This document shows positions 22,801 through 33,100 of a DNA stretch of 64,000 nucleotides, one piece after another. Position 1 is the first letter of the stretch. Each line of letters begins with the position of its first letter. The position numbers were made by a program, and so were the translations under genes. The stretch covers positions 1,056,001 to 1,120,000 of the forward strand of contig MU054338.1 in assembly GCA_013239625.1 (NCBI GenBank). The letters run 5' to 3'. The notes beneath the pieces are model-generated. The model was not told where the DNA came from. It worked only from the letters and a program-made list of their open reading frames with translations, and ran no database searches. Source of the stretch: Lama guanicoe (Eukaryota).

Positions 22801-25306
22801 GGCGACCCTGCCCTCAGGGAGCAGCCGCGGGAGGGCAGGTTCTACTTGCCGCCCGAGCTGACTGTGCATGACCCGCCGTCTCCCCAGCAAGCCCACAGTC
22901 CTGAGGCCCCTACCTGTCCGCTGTGCCCCCCCGCCCCTCCCTGCCCCACTCACAATGTCGTCCACCAGGTCTCGAGTGGCCCGGATGATGAGGAGGCAGA
23001 CAAGCGGGGCGAAGAGAGTGAACCAGGGCAGTGTGGAGATCTCGGGGACGCCCTGGCATGGAGGGTGGGTCACGCTGGCCCCTCAACCAGGGCACCCCCA
23101 ACTGCCCGCCGCCCTCCTGCCCAGCGCGTCCGGCCCCACAGCCTGGCATCCTGTGTCCCACCTGTGTGCCCCCTGCTGACTGCCAGGGCCCAAGCCCGGC
23201 CACCTCCCCCTGCAAAGCTCAGGACAACTGCGCTCCAGACCTGCCCCCTGCCTGGAACTTCTCTCCAGGGCTGCCTCCTCTCTCTTCCATGCCCAGCTCC
23301 CATGTCTTCTCCTCCAGGAAGCCCTCCCAGCCCCAAGCTGGTTCCCTCCTTGGGGACCTAGCTCTCACTGTCTCCCCTCCTTGTAACCCTCGGGTCTGAG
23401 CTCTAAGTGGCCCCCAGACCAGTCTGGGCAGGGGTTCCCGTCCCCATCACTGGTCCCTAGCACGTGGTTTGATGACAGTCAACCTCACCAGTCCCTGAGC
23501 CACCCGAAGACAGGTGTCTTGAGGGCCACCACCAGGCCCCCAGTGCCCAGAACAGGACCTGCCTTCAGTAGGTGCTCAATAAATATTTATCGGATCGATG
23601 GATAAAAGCGGAGTGTCTCACTTTACTCAGAACTGAATGAGACACTAGGTGGGGGCTGGAGTGTTCTGGGAACAGCCCACCCCACACAGGGCCCACCTCC
23701 ACCCTCCACCTCACCCTCTTCACCCATGACCAGCCCGATGACAGGAAGTGACCCGGCGGGTCCCAAGAACCTGGTCTTTCCTCCTCGCCCCCTGCAGTCA
23801 GCTCCGCCTGCTGGGGCCAAAGGGGTCATGTGGCCTCCTCCTCAGATCCAGAGGAGCCACCCCTGCGCCCTCATCATTCAACACACATTGAGCGCCTCCT
23901 GTGTGCCAGGCCCTGGACTGGGCAGCGGGGACCTGGCCCCGAGGGCACTCCCAGTGTGTGAGGAGCCAGACGTTGACCCGGAAAATACACAGGCGAACAT
24001 GAAGCAAAACCACCTGGGTCTGTCTGCAGAGCCACGCGGGAGGGTGGGAAGGGAGAGCTTCCTGGGGGAGGTGGCCTGAGCAGGGGGAGGGAGCGGCGTG
24101 GGCACAGGCGCTGACCCCCTGGGGCTGCCCCCACCAGCACCACCTGGAGGATGATGATAAGAAGGAAGTAGAGGTTGGACGTGCGGTGGAACTGCTCGTA
24201 CAGGTTCAAGGGCAGGAAGGAGAAGATGTTGTACTTGGCTGTGTGGATGACATTCCTCTGGAACAAGAGCCAGCATGGGGGTGCTGCCCAGGCCAGGGGG
24301 CCCCACTGCCCACCCTGTCCGACCCCGCCCTCCGGCCTCGACCAGCATTAACCAAGCCCCTACTAGGTGCAGACTCACAGCGTGCGACCCCAGGACTTCC
24401 CAGAGCGAGCTGTACGCGGGGGGGTTTAGGTAGAGCCTGAGGGACACACTGTACCATGAAAGTTTCAAAAGTTTCCTATTAACTTATTTGAACCCGAACT
24501 AGGGTGGGGCAGAGGAGACCCTCGAAACTCCAGTACCAAACCAGTGATTCCATGAGGACAAACACCAAGCAGGTGCAGGCGGAGGCAGAGCTCGGGTGGC
24601 CACCAAACTAACCCTGCGGGGAGACCCCAACAGGCCGGCAGGGCAGGGGTGCAGGGGCACGGCCGGGCCTGCGCACCTTGTACTTCCTCCTCTGCCAGCA
24701 CAGGAAGACCTTCTCCTTGAACTGGCGGTTGTAGGCCCGGTTGTTGGCCTGCACCTCCCAGGTGAATGCTGCAGCCGGAAAGAGCAGGCGCCGCTCAGGG
24801 CCGGGGACAAACATGGGCTAACGACACCCCAGAGGAGGGCTAATGGGGCCCGGGGGACCCAGGGCTGTGGGAGCCGGTAAACAGATGAGAGGGCCCAACA
24901 GTAGGCGCTGGAGGAGCCCAGGTGGATCTGAGGAGCAGCCCCTCGCCCACCAGCCACCCTGAGCCGGTCCCTAGGCCCGGGAGACCCATTCACGCCCACT
25001 TCTTCTACAGAGAGGTAAATGCGGCCCCGACGGGCTATGACGTGTCCGAGTTTCCATGCCCAGCCCACACAGTAGCCCCAGTTCCGAGCCCATCTTTCAG
25101 TCATAGGGTTTTGAACTATTTGTAACCCGCCAAGAACTCCACACTGGGCCTTCTGTCTCCCCACTTCAGCTGCTACACTTGAACATCCCTTGGCTTGGTC
25201 ACTGCAGGCCCCCTCCCCCAGGCCCTGCCCGTGTCTGAGCTCAGCCCGGACGTGCACCTGAGTTCGTCTCCTCCTCAAGGTCTTCTCGGTCCTCGAGACT
25301 GCCCAT
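8517..25306 (-). CDS. ATP8B3: ATPase phospholipid transporting 8B3 (P4-ATPase flippase), 27 traced coding exons, ~1344 aa from the Met at 25306
   Basis: Exons (minus strand, 5' to 3'): 25258-25316 (ATG at 25306), 24677-24768, 24144-24257, 22954-23052, 22635-22696, 22049-22121, 21881-21951, 21389-21471, 20650-20808, 20084-20172, 19248-19438, 18914-19122, 18047-18072, 17801-17957, 17198-17386, 17004-17116, 15294-15458, 15082-15193, 14169-14244, 13856-13976, 13230-13614, 12903-13126, 11317-11400, 10933-11172, 10628-10766, 10247-10374, 8517-9101. All phases are consistent. Motifs: [16 protein letters not shown] (phosphorylation site), [53 protein letters not shown]. The start codon is uncertain (see findings). 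Confidence 0.96.
9535..9990 (-). mobile_element. LINE-1 (L1MA/MB-like) 3'UTR fragment
   Basis: ttgtggtaaaacacacgtaacataaa...tttgtccttctgtgtctgg...aaggctgagtaatactccactctgtgtatgtaccacattttg is a typical antisense L1M 3' end. Confidence 0.8.
11592..11721 (+). mobile_element. tRNA-derived SINE (camelid-type)
   Basis: ggggagggtacagctcaagtggaagagtgcatggttagcatgcacaaggtcctgggttcaatcctcagtacctcc has A- and B-box motifs, followed by the tail aataaacctaattatccccccc and poly-A. The flanks are an imperfect direct repeat (aaggactgggaga / aaggctggaaga). Confidence 0.85.
11980..12340 (+). mobile_element. LINE-1 ORF2 reverse-transcriptase fragment (degenerate)
   Basis: Encodes [14 protein letters not shown]...[36 protein letters not shown], the L1 RT segment with a mutated FADD motif. 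Confidence 0.9.
14768..14809. repeat. Perfect 21-bp tandem duplication of a hairpin unit
   Basis: gggcaaccttcgtaggtgccc occurs twice in tandem. Confidence 0.95.
16828..16855. repeat. (TG)n microsatellite
   Basis: Uninterrupted gt/tg dinucleotide run. Confidence 0.95.
19680..19770 (-). mobile_element. tRNA-derived SINE (same family as 11592-11721)
   Basis: The reverse complement reads gggtgggtatggctcagcagtagagcgcgtggttagcatgcacgaggtcctgggttcaatctccagtacctctattaaaaaaaa. Confidence 0.85.
20186..20405. repeat. Degenerate (CCAT)n simple repeat
   Basis: Repeated ccat/catc units in an ATP8B3 intron, just upstream of the acceptor of exon 20084-20172. Confidence 0.9.
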
Positions 25307-25943
25307 GTTGGTGGGGCTGTCGGGAAGAGGGGCCTGAGGTCACACCATTGCTGGAAAGAGCTCTTTACTCCGCCCTCTTTGAGATGTCACTTCCCACATC
25401 TATCTGCTGTCCCCTCACCAGGCTCTGAAGGTCCAGTCGCCGGCTGTGTGTCCTTCCCCATTACAGTCACCTGGCCACTGCTCCCCACCCCCATGGCCAC
25501 TCACAGTCCAGGCCTCCATCTCCTCCCCTAGGATGACTGCACCCAGGTCCTCCTAAGCCTCCCTGCTTCCCCTCCTGCCCCACTCGGGACACAATGTCCA
25601 GCCTGGTCAGGTGCTCAATCAGTGTTTGTTGACCGACTAAGTGGGGCCCTGGGGTTTCTACGCCACATCTCCAAGTGTGTGTATGGCTAAAGGGCTCTGG
25701 GAGGTCTGAGTGTGATCTTGGGGCAGCTAACTGAGATGGAGGAGATGGCGGTGACACCCGACTTACACAGAACCCGGAACCTTCCCACGGCTGGTTCACG
25801 GTCACTCCTAGTCCTTCAATGCCCTCGGCAGCTCCCCAGATGACCCCACCCCAGCGCTCAGCAGCCCCTCTCTCCAGGCCTTTGCTCTGCTGTTCCCTCT
25901 GCCAGGAGCACCCGTCCTGCACGCCTGGCCAGAATCTCCTCAC

Positions 25944-26212
25944 CCTTCTGCTCTCAGCTCATACTTCTCAGACCGTCCAGGCTTCTGGCGCCTCCTCCTC
26001 TGGGCTCTCTCTCTGCCTGGGTTGCCCCCATCTCAGTTCTGACCACCCTCTCTCCTCTGTTTTCGCTGTCTGGGCTGCTGGCTGAAACTGTAACCTCCCC
26101 AGGCAATGGACTGATGGTGTTTAAGTCATTGGTGTCCCCGGGGCCCGGGGGTAGGGCCTGGCTCAGGACCAGCTCTGAAGCTCCTGGGAGCCTGAGCAAG
26201 GCCAGCGCCCAT
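25944..26212 (-). other. ATP8B3: ATP8B3 upstream exon homologous to the human first coding exon, frameshifted here (likely 5'UTR with uORFs)
   Basis: ATG at 26212 gives MGAGLAQAPRSFRAGPEPGPTP. PPGPGDT...RGERVVRTEMG continues in a second frame. PGRSEKYELRAEG returns to the first frame and ends at donor GG|GTGAGG (25944/25943), in phase with exon 25258-25316. Confidence 0.7.
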
Positions 26213-26449
26213 TCACCAGATGAGGTAAAGTGAGGCTCAGGGTGACTGAGGCTCAGCCAGTGGGACCTGTAGTGGCGGGAGCCCAGAGTGGGGTACAGAT
26301 GGGGTTGGAGGGATGCTGAGATGGCCAGATCTACACAAAGTTCTCCTGAGGGCAGGACACGCCTCCCCGCCCCCGGGCTTGCTTCTCCCACTCTCAGCTC
26401 ACCAGAACGCCCACTAACCCCAGGGAAACCCCGAGCACTCCCGCAGCGA

Positions 26450-27300
26450 AGCTGCGCAGGGTTCGATGCCCAGTCCCCGGGGGCCTCCCTGGACCGGGAG
26501 ATTCAGGTCCACAGGACACCGGGCACTCCGGCGCCAGTCCGGACCCCGCCCGGCGCGAACCTCTAGAGGGCTCCCTCTCTGCCGCCGCCGCGACCTCCGG
26601 CCCCTTGGCCGGGTACAGCTCAGAGAGAGTGCACGGGCGCCCGGGGACGTACAGCGGCGGGAGCGCCGCCGCTCACCTGCGCGGCCCGGGGCGGGCGGGG
26701 CCGGGCTGCCTGGGGCGGTCCGCGGGTGTCCAGGGCGACGGACGTGGTGGGGCTGTTAGCCCGGGGCCAACGGGCCTGAAACGGGCGGCGCGGGCGCTGG
26801 GCGGGGCGGAAGGGCGGGGCCTAGGGGCGGGGCCGGGCAGAATACCGGGGTCGAGGGCGAGGCCAGGGTAGAGATGGGGCGGGGCGGGACCCAGGAGGCG
26901 GGGCCAAGACCGAAGGCGGGGCTCCAGGCAGGAGGCGGGGCCTAGGGGCGCGCTCAGGGTATAAGGTGGGGCCGAGCTTGGGAGGCCGTGGAGAACAAGG
27001 CCAGATGGGGGCGGGGTCGGGGGCGGAAGGCGGGGCCGAGCAAGGGAGGCCTGGAGGAAACGGGCCAGAGGGGGCAGGACAGAAGGCGGGGCCTTGCAGA
27101 GATGGGTGGGGCCTCAGGGAGCAGGACTAGGTTACGCCAGGCCTTGCAGAGAGGGCCAGAGGAGGGGTGGGGCAGGGTGGGGTTTGTGGGCGGGGCCGAC
27201 TGGTGCCGGTCTACCCGCGGCCAAGACCCAGGGGTGGGGCCTTGCAGAGGATAGGTCAGGGCAGGGACCTGCTGGGTCAGTTGGGGGGAACTTGCAGAGC
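26450..27300 (-). promoter_or_regulatory. ATP8B3: ATP8B3 CpG-island promoter with a GC-box array and a probable non-coding exon 1 (donor GCAG|GTGAGC at 26677/26676)
   Basis: High CpG density, many GGGGCGG(G) Sp/KLF boxes across 26790-27200, and a consensus 5' splice donor on the minus strand. Confidence 0.7.
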
Positions 27301-28399
27301 AGAGCCAAAAGAAAGGGCCAAGGTATTAAGGAGCCAGTCATTTAGGGGCGGAACCTTGTGAAGCATGCGCTAGGTGGGGTGGGTTGGATCTGGCTGAGGC
27401 TGGGCAGGGCCAATGGTTCGTGACTAGGGGCGGAGGAAGGACACGCAGGTAATCGCAGGTAGGCGGGGCGTGAGTCTGAGCTGGCTGTCTGGGTTCTCGT
27501 TCATCCCATACCCGTTCAGGTGGCATCTCCTATGCGCAGGTGCTCTGTTGGGCGCCAGGCTGGGGAGGCTGTTAAAACCACCGACATCATTGTGCGTGGA
27601 AGAAGCCTACCAGGGTTCTGGCCCAGTGTGTGCCCACCCAGTGCAGGACCGAGGCTCTGGGGGTCTTCCTAAAGGAGGTGACAGGGGTGGGAGTCAGCCA
27701 TGAGGCTGGGACAGCGTCCAGGCTGGAAATGGGGGACCTAAACCAGGGTTGGTGGCTGTGTGGGAGGGTCCCCCTAGGAGGGGCAAACTCATGGGGAACA
27801 GGGAAGGATTAAGCTGTTTTTCATATTCTCTTTAGAACCCCCTGAAGCACAGAAACTGGGAAGATACTTGCTGGGCACCTCCAATGTCCTTTCCCCCCAG
27901 CCTTGAGGTCAATGCCTCCCACTGGCCCAGCCCTGACCCCAGACCAGGGTGCCTGTCTGACTCTGTGCCCCAGTCCTCTTGCCCTGCCAGGGGCCCAGGC
28001 ATCACCTCTGAGCTGATGATGTTGAGTGAATCAGTGACCAAAGACACAGCAGCTGACCTCCCACAGCAGAGCAGCAGCTCCCCGCCCCCGTTTCCTGGGA
28101 AGTCCTGCGCACCCGGCAGCTGCGGGGATGCCAAGGAAACCTCTCATTTTCTTCAGTCACCCAAGAAACGTCCGCCCAGCCCTCCCCAACCCTGACCGAG
28201 GAAGACCCCGGCGGGGAGGGGCTGGGACAGACTGCCCTAACAGCCTTCAGGAGAGAGCTCCCCGGAGGTGGCTGTCAGGAGTGGGGTCAGGGAACCCCGT
28301 CCCCCACCCCCATGGTGACGGAGGGGAGAGGACTCACGCTCTGGGGAGGGGGAGAGACACCACACAGAAACGGGGCTTCCAGGATGCTGCCTGCACCCT

Positions 28400-28990
28400 T
28401 TATTTAGAAAGCCACTCCCAACTTACAGAAGAGGTGGGGGAAAGTCATCCGGTCACAAGGACCCCCAGAGGGACATGCCCATGCCAGCAGCAGGGATCTG
28501 ACTCAGACAAGAACCCTCCCTCAGAGCCCTAGTGGACAAAGAATGTCGCCTGCCATTCCAGTGGACCGCCAGTGCTGCAGCCATCCAGCCATGGCAGCGG
28601 CACCCCCCCATAGGTGCGTCCTGAGGGGGTTCAGGATGGAGAAAAACAGGACACTGGCCCCAGACAGCTGAGGTACATGTGAAGGGAGTCACTTCCATGG
28701 GCCCGGTCTCTTGGAACTTTCCACACACACAAAAGCACTAGAATCATTCACTTGAGATGTCTGACTTTTGTGATTAGCAGCAATCTTTCCGTGTTCGACT
28801 ACACGGGTTATTTTTTTTGTTTTCTTTCCAGCAGAGACTCCTGCATATCCTGGCTCCTCCCTTCCCTCTGCAGGACAGTTCCTCAGAGATATCTGAGAGG
28901 CTGTCTCCCTGGCTATAGTTCTCAGGGAGTTCCTGAAATAAAACATAACTCACAACTTCTAGGTCGTGTGGCTTTTCCTCAGTTGCCAAC
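28400..28990 (+). mobile_element. Probable ERV1-class solo LTR (MER41-like artiodactyl LTR)
   Basis: Resembles recalled artiodactyl LTR sequence (ttcaggatggagaaaaacaggacactggccccagac...gagaggctgtctccctggctatagttctcag). It has an internal AATAAA at 28937-28942 and a short U5-like end. Boundaries are approximate. Confidence 0.6.
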
Positions 28991-29398
28991 CCCCAGGGCC
29001 CCGAGAGGGAAGGAGCCTGGTTCTCCTCCGCAGCCTCCCCTTCCCAAGTTAGCTTCTCAGACACGCAACACGCAGCGGCCGTCCGGGTTCCCCGGCCCCC
29101 AGCCCCCACCTCACAGGTGGGCAAGGCAACTCTACTCACAGGAGGTGGCCGCTGGCTCCACTGTCACAGCACCCCAGGGGGCCAGAAGCATGACAGCCCC
29201 TGAATCAAGGCCTTCCAGGGCCCTGGATCTGCTCTGGAACAGTCGTCCAAGGGCACGAGGTTGGTTTTCATGAAGTGGAGCAAGGCCCCATTCCTGAGCC
29301 CCGGTTAGGGGCTGTGTCCTCCGCCTTGCACGGAGGGCCACATCTGACACCAAAAAACACACCTCCAGACGCCACGAGCTCTAAAATCAATACAAACA

Positions 29399-29404
29399 TT
29401 TATT
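29399..29404 (-). terminator. REXO1: REXO1 distal polyadenylation signal AATAAA (a proximal one lies at 30067-30072)
   Basis: tttatt on the + strand at 29399-29404 and 30067-30072, downstream of the stop codon. Confidence 0.7.
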
Positions 29405-30144
29405 CTGTCCCTGCCTGGGGGAGGGGGAGAGGGGCTGGGGAGCCTGGGGGCTGCACGGCTTTAGACAGCCTCCCTGAGGAGGGTGGGGCTCTGGCGGGAA
29501 GACAGCGTCCAGAGGCAGGCAGGCCCCGGGGCGTCCGGAAGGCGAGGCCCTGGAGGCTGACAGAGGGGCTGGCTCGGTTCCCAGAAGTCACAGGGTCCAG
29601 GTGGGCTGAGGGCTGAACTCCCGGGTCCTGGTGGCTGCTGGGGCGCCAGCTGGCTGCCCCCAGCCCCGCCCCACCCCTCAGGAGGGAAGGCAGCACCAGG
29701 GTCTCGCTCTTCTGGGTAGAGGAAGACAACTGTGCAAGTCATCAGGTTTAAATTAAAAAGATAAAATAACAATACAAAATAACAAGACGACCCCTGTCTC
29801 AAACACACCCTCGACAAGCCTGCCTGGCCGCCTCCCACCCACCACCCGAGAGAAGCGGCGGGAGCAGGGCCCGGCCCCGGCCCATCGAGTCAGCAGCAGT
29901 CTCCAGAGGACAGAGGTCTAGGGGCAGAGAGGCAGGGACGGGCGTGAGGGGGCGCGGCGGGGGCGCAGGGCTCCAGGGTCGCTCTTGGCATTGGGCTCTC
30001 TGCCGCCAGCTCGTCCCGTTCTCGGTTTTCCGTGCTTGGTGACGTGGACAGGGCTAGCTCTCGAGATTTATTGCACTGTTTTGGAAGAGGCCTGGGGTAG
30101 AGGGCGGGCCGGGGCTGTGAGAGAGGCGGGCAGGCAGGCGGCGG

Positions 30145-33100
30145 TCATCGCTTGGTCTTGGCGTCTTCTCGGATCTTCCAGATCACCAGGTGCATACAAG
30201 CACTGGCGTCCTCACTGGAGCTGTGCCCGTCCACTGTTGGGGGACAGATGCGTCAGGGAGGGGAGCCTGCGGGGCCGTCCGCCCCCCGGCCCAGCCCCTC
30301 ACCATTGTCCTGGATGATCTGTCTGAGGTAGTCGGCCATGAGATTCCGCAGGGAGCGCTTGTAGGGGAGGCCCAGGCGGTGCGGAAAGAGCACGGACGTG
30401 TCCACCACGGTGCTGTGGATGACCTGCAGATGGACAGCCGGTCAGGGACCTCAGGGCTCAGGGCCCCAGGAGGACTGGGGCGGAAAGGTGCCTGGGACTC
30501 CGTAGGGTTCCAGAGGGCATGCTGGGGAGGGAGACGCGAAGTGCCCAGTCGCAGACCCCACAGCTCCCTCCCTGGGCTGAGGGTGGGCTGGGGATACCTT
30601 CAAGGCCAGCAGGTCGCTCTCCAGACTGTGGCCGATGAGGATGGTGTCTGCACTGAACATGCTCAGCAGGACAGCCTGGACGTCCCGGAGGGAGATGCTC
30701 GTGTCTGCCAGGTCGGCCTCAGTCACCCCTGAAAACCTGGAGGCGGGAGGACAGAGGCCTTGGAGAGGCTGGGGAGGGCTCGGGGGCCCCCAGCACAGAG
30801 GCCGGGCGGGAGCCGGGTTGCAGGCAGGGAAGCTGGGCCCAAGACAGGAACAGGGGTCCTGCACAGGCTCTCAGCTTCTGGGAGGTTGGGATGGGGCGCA
30901 CCTGGTGTTATAGTCGACGATCTCGTTGTCTGGCCTGACAAAGGTGTCGTACACAACCTGCAGGTCCGTGTCCACCACTGTGACACGCGTCAGCTCCAGG
31001 CCGTACGTGGTGTAGGACTGCGGGGTCAGAGGACACACCTCAGAGACAGCGTCCTGGCCCTCCCACACACCACGTCATAAGGCCACCCCTGGTCCCTGAG
31101 CCCTGCAGGCGGAGGCTCAGGCCCCACCTTCACCCGCGTTCAGTTATGAGACCTGAGCCAGAGGCCCTCTAGGCTCCTCTCGGGGTCAGAGAGGGCGTGA
31201 ACCTGGGGGCCCTTCCCCAAAGCCAGAGTTGTGCTCCCGATATCCAGGTAGCCTCCGAGCACAGAGGGGGCCCTGTGTGTGCACTGGGTGCTGGGGGACA
31301 CGCTGGGTTCCTGTGCTCGGGGAGGTGTGCCCGGCTGCTGGTCACTCTCTCATCCGAACACCCGCACTCTCCAGGCTCTGGCAGAGGAGCAGGGACACCC
31401 CTCGGGTGGCAACACCACCACAGTACCACAGCTCCCAGGGACTCGGGAGGCCACAGGCAGCCAGGCTGACTCACCATTTCACAGTCGAGGGCGTAGATTC
31501 CTGGGTGCGCGTCTCCTGAAAGTTCTTTCTCAAAGGTCTTCACAAATCCTTCGAGGTTCTCCTTCCGGCCGTCCTGCACGTGTTGCTGAGGGTAGGGAGT
31601 TAACGAACGTGAGGGTGGCACCTCAGAAGGCCCAGCTGCTGCTGGGCGACTTTCAGGGACTGTCCCCCTCTTCCCAAGGCCCCCAGATCATGCAGATGAG
31701 TCAAGGAGGGGCTAGGGCTCTGGCCTGGGGGGGACCGCAGACGGCTCTCCCACTCACCTTGGCAACTTGACAGCCGGCGGAGCCAATGGCGGCCGAGCAG
31801 CACGTGTACTGAGTCTCCCAGCCACCGGCCACTGAGGGGAGGCGGCAGTCAGCAGAGTTCCATGTCACCGCCCGACCCCGCCCTCCCACAGGGGGTTCCT
31901 GACACCCAGTCTGCCCGGGCAGGGGCACCTTCCCCACGCCCTTCCTACTCAGGACAGCAGGCCGGCCCCGGACCCAGAGACGGTCCACAGGCAGCCAGCG
32001 GGGAGCTCAAGGGGCTGTGAGTGTTCCCGTGAGTGGGAACTTGCTGCTGGGGCAGCGGGAGGCCTTCCTTTTGTGTGTGAGCACTGCCACAGGAAGGTCT
32101 TCGCATGATTTGTCACGAAGAACAACGGAAAGAAAACTACAAGTGATCGAGCAGGTGGCCCAGCCCAGCCTCACCTCGGTTCCGGCGCAGCCGCCCCCAG
32201 TGGTAGTAACACTCCTCATCCCGCACACAGCGGCCCGAGGAGGACACGAGGTACTCAGCGCCGCAGCGGCAGCAGACCCTGCAGGAGGCTGTGGGTGCGG
32301 ACAGGGCAGGGGGCAGGGCAAGGTGTCAGGCTGGCCCAGAGCTCGGTCTGAACCCCCGGGGCTGTGCTGCTCCCTCCCCCGGACGGCGCCCCCTGCCAGC
32401 CCAGCCTCCACCAGAGCGGCCGTGAGGGAGGCACTCACAATCCTTGGGCTTCTTCTCCTCAGCCGTGAAGACCACGGCGCCGCCGGGCCGCTCGGGGTGC
32501 GGGAAGGGGTAGCCGTTGTCCTTGAGCTGGTCCTCGCTGAGCAGGTACTCCTTGAGGCGGCCGTACAGGGCGGCCCCTGGGGACGACGGGAGGGGCGGTC
32601 GGCCCGTGGGGCTGGGGCCAGGGCCTCTCTTCTTCCATGGGGAGCAGCGGGCAGGGAGGGTAGGAGGGCCGCCAGGCTCACCTTTCAAATCCTCCACTCG
32701 GGGGCTGCTGGGGCGACTGAACGAAAAGCTGGTCTTGGCAGCCAACCTGCCCCCCAGAACCACTTCATGGGACACGACCCTTCGGCCACTGGTTTCTGGA
32801 AGAGGGAAGGGAAGGGTAACCAGGTTCAGAACCCTTTGTCCCTCCCAAGGGCTCCCCGACCCTCCTCCTGAGGCTGCTCCCTGCAGCCTGACCTCTGGCC
32901 AACGTGGGGCAGTCAATCGCCCCCACCTTAACTCTCTGGAGACCAGGAGGCTGCCTGGAAGCCCCTCCACCTCCCCCTGGATCTGCCCGGGGTCCTCACC
33001 CCCTGGAGGGGAAGGGAAGAACTTAACACAAGATCTGACGGCCTTCTCGGGCTCTGCCTGAGGCCCACGGGGGTGGGGGAGCGGAGGGAGCCGGCAAGGC

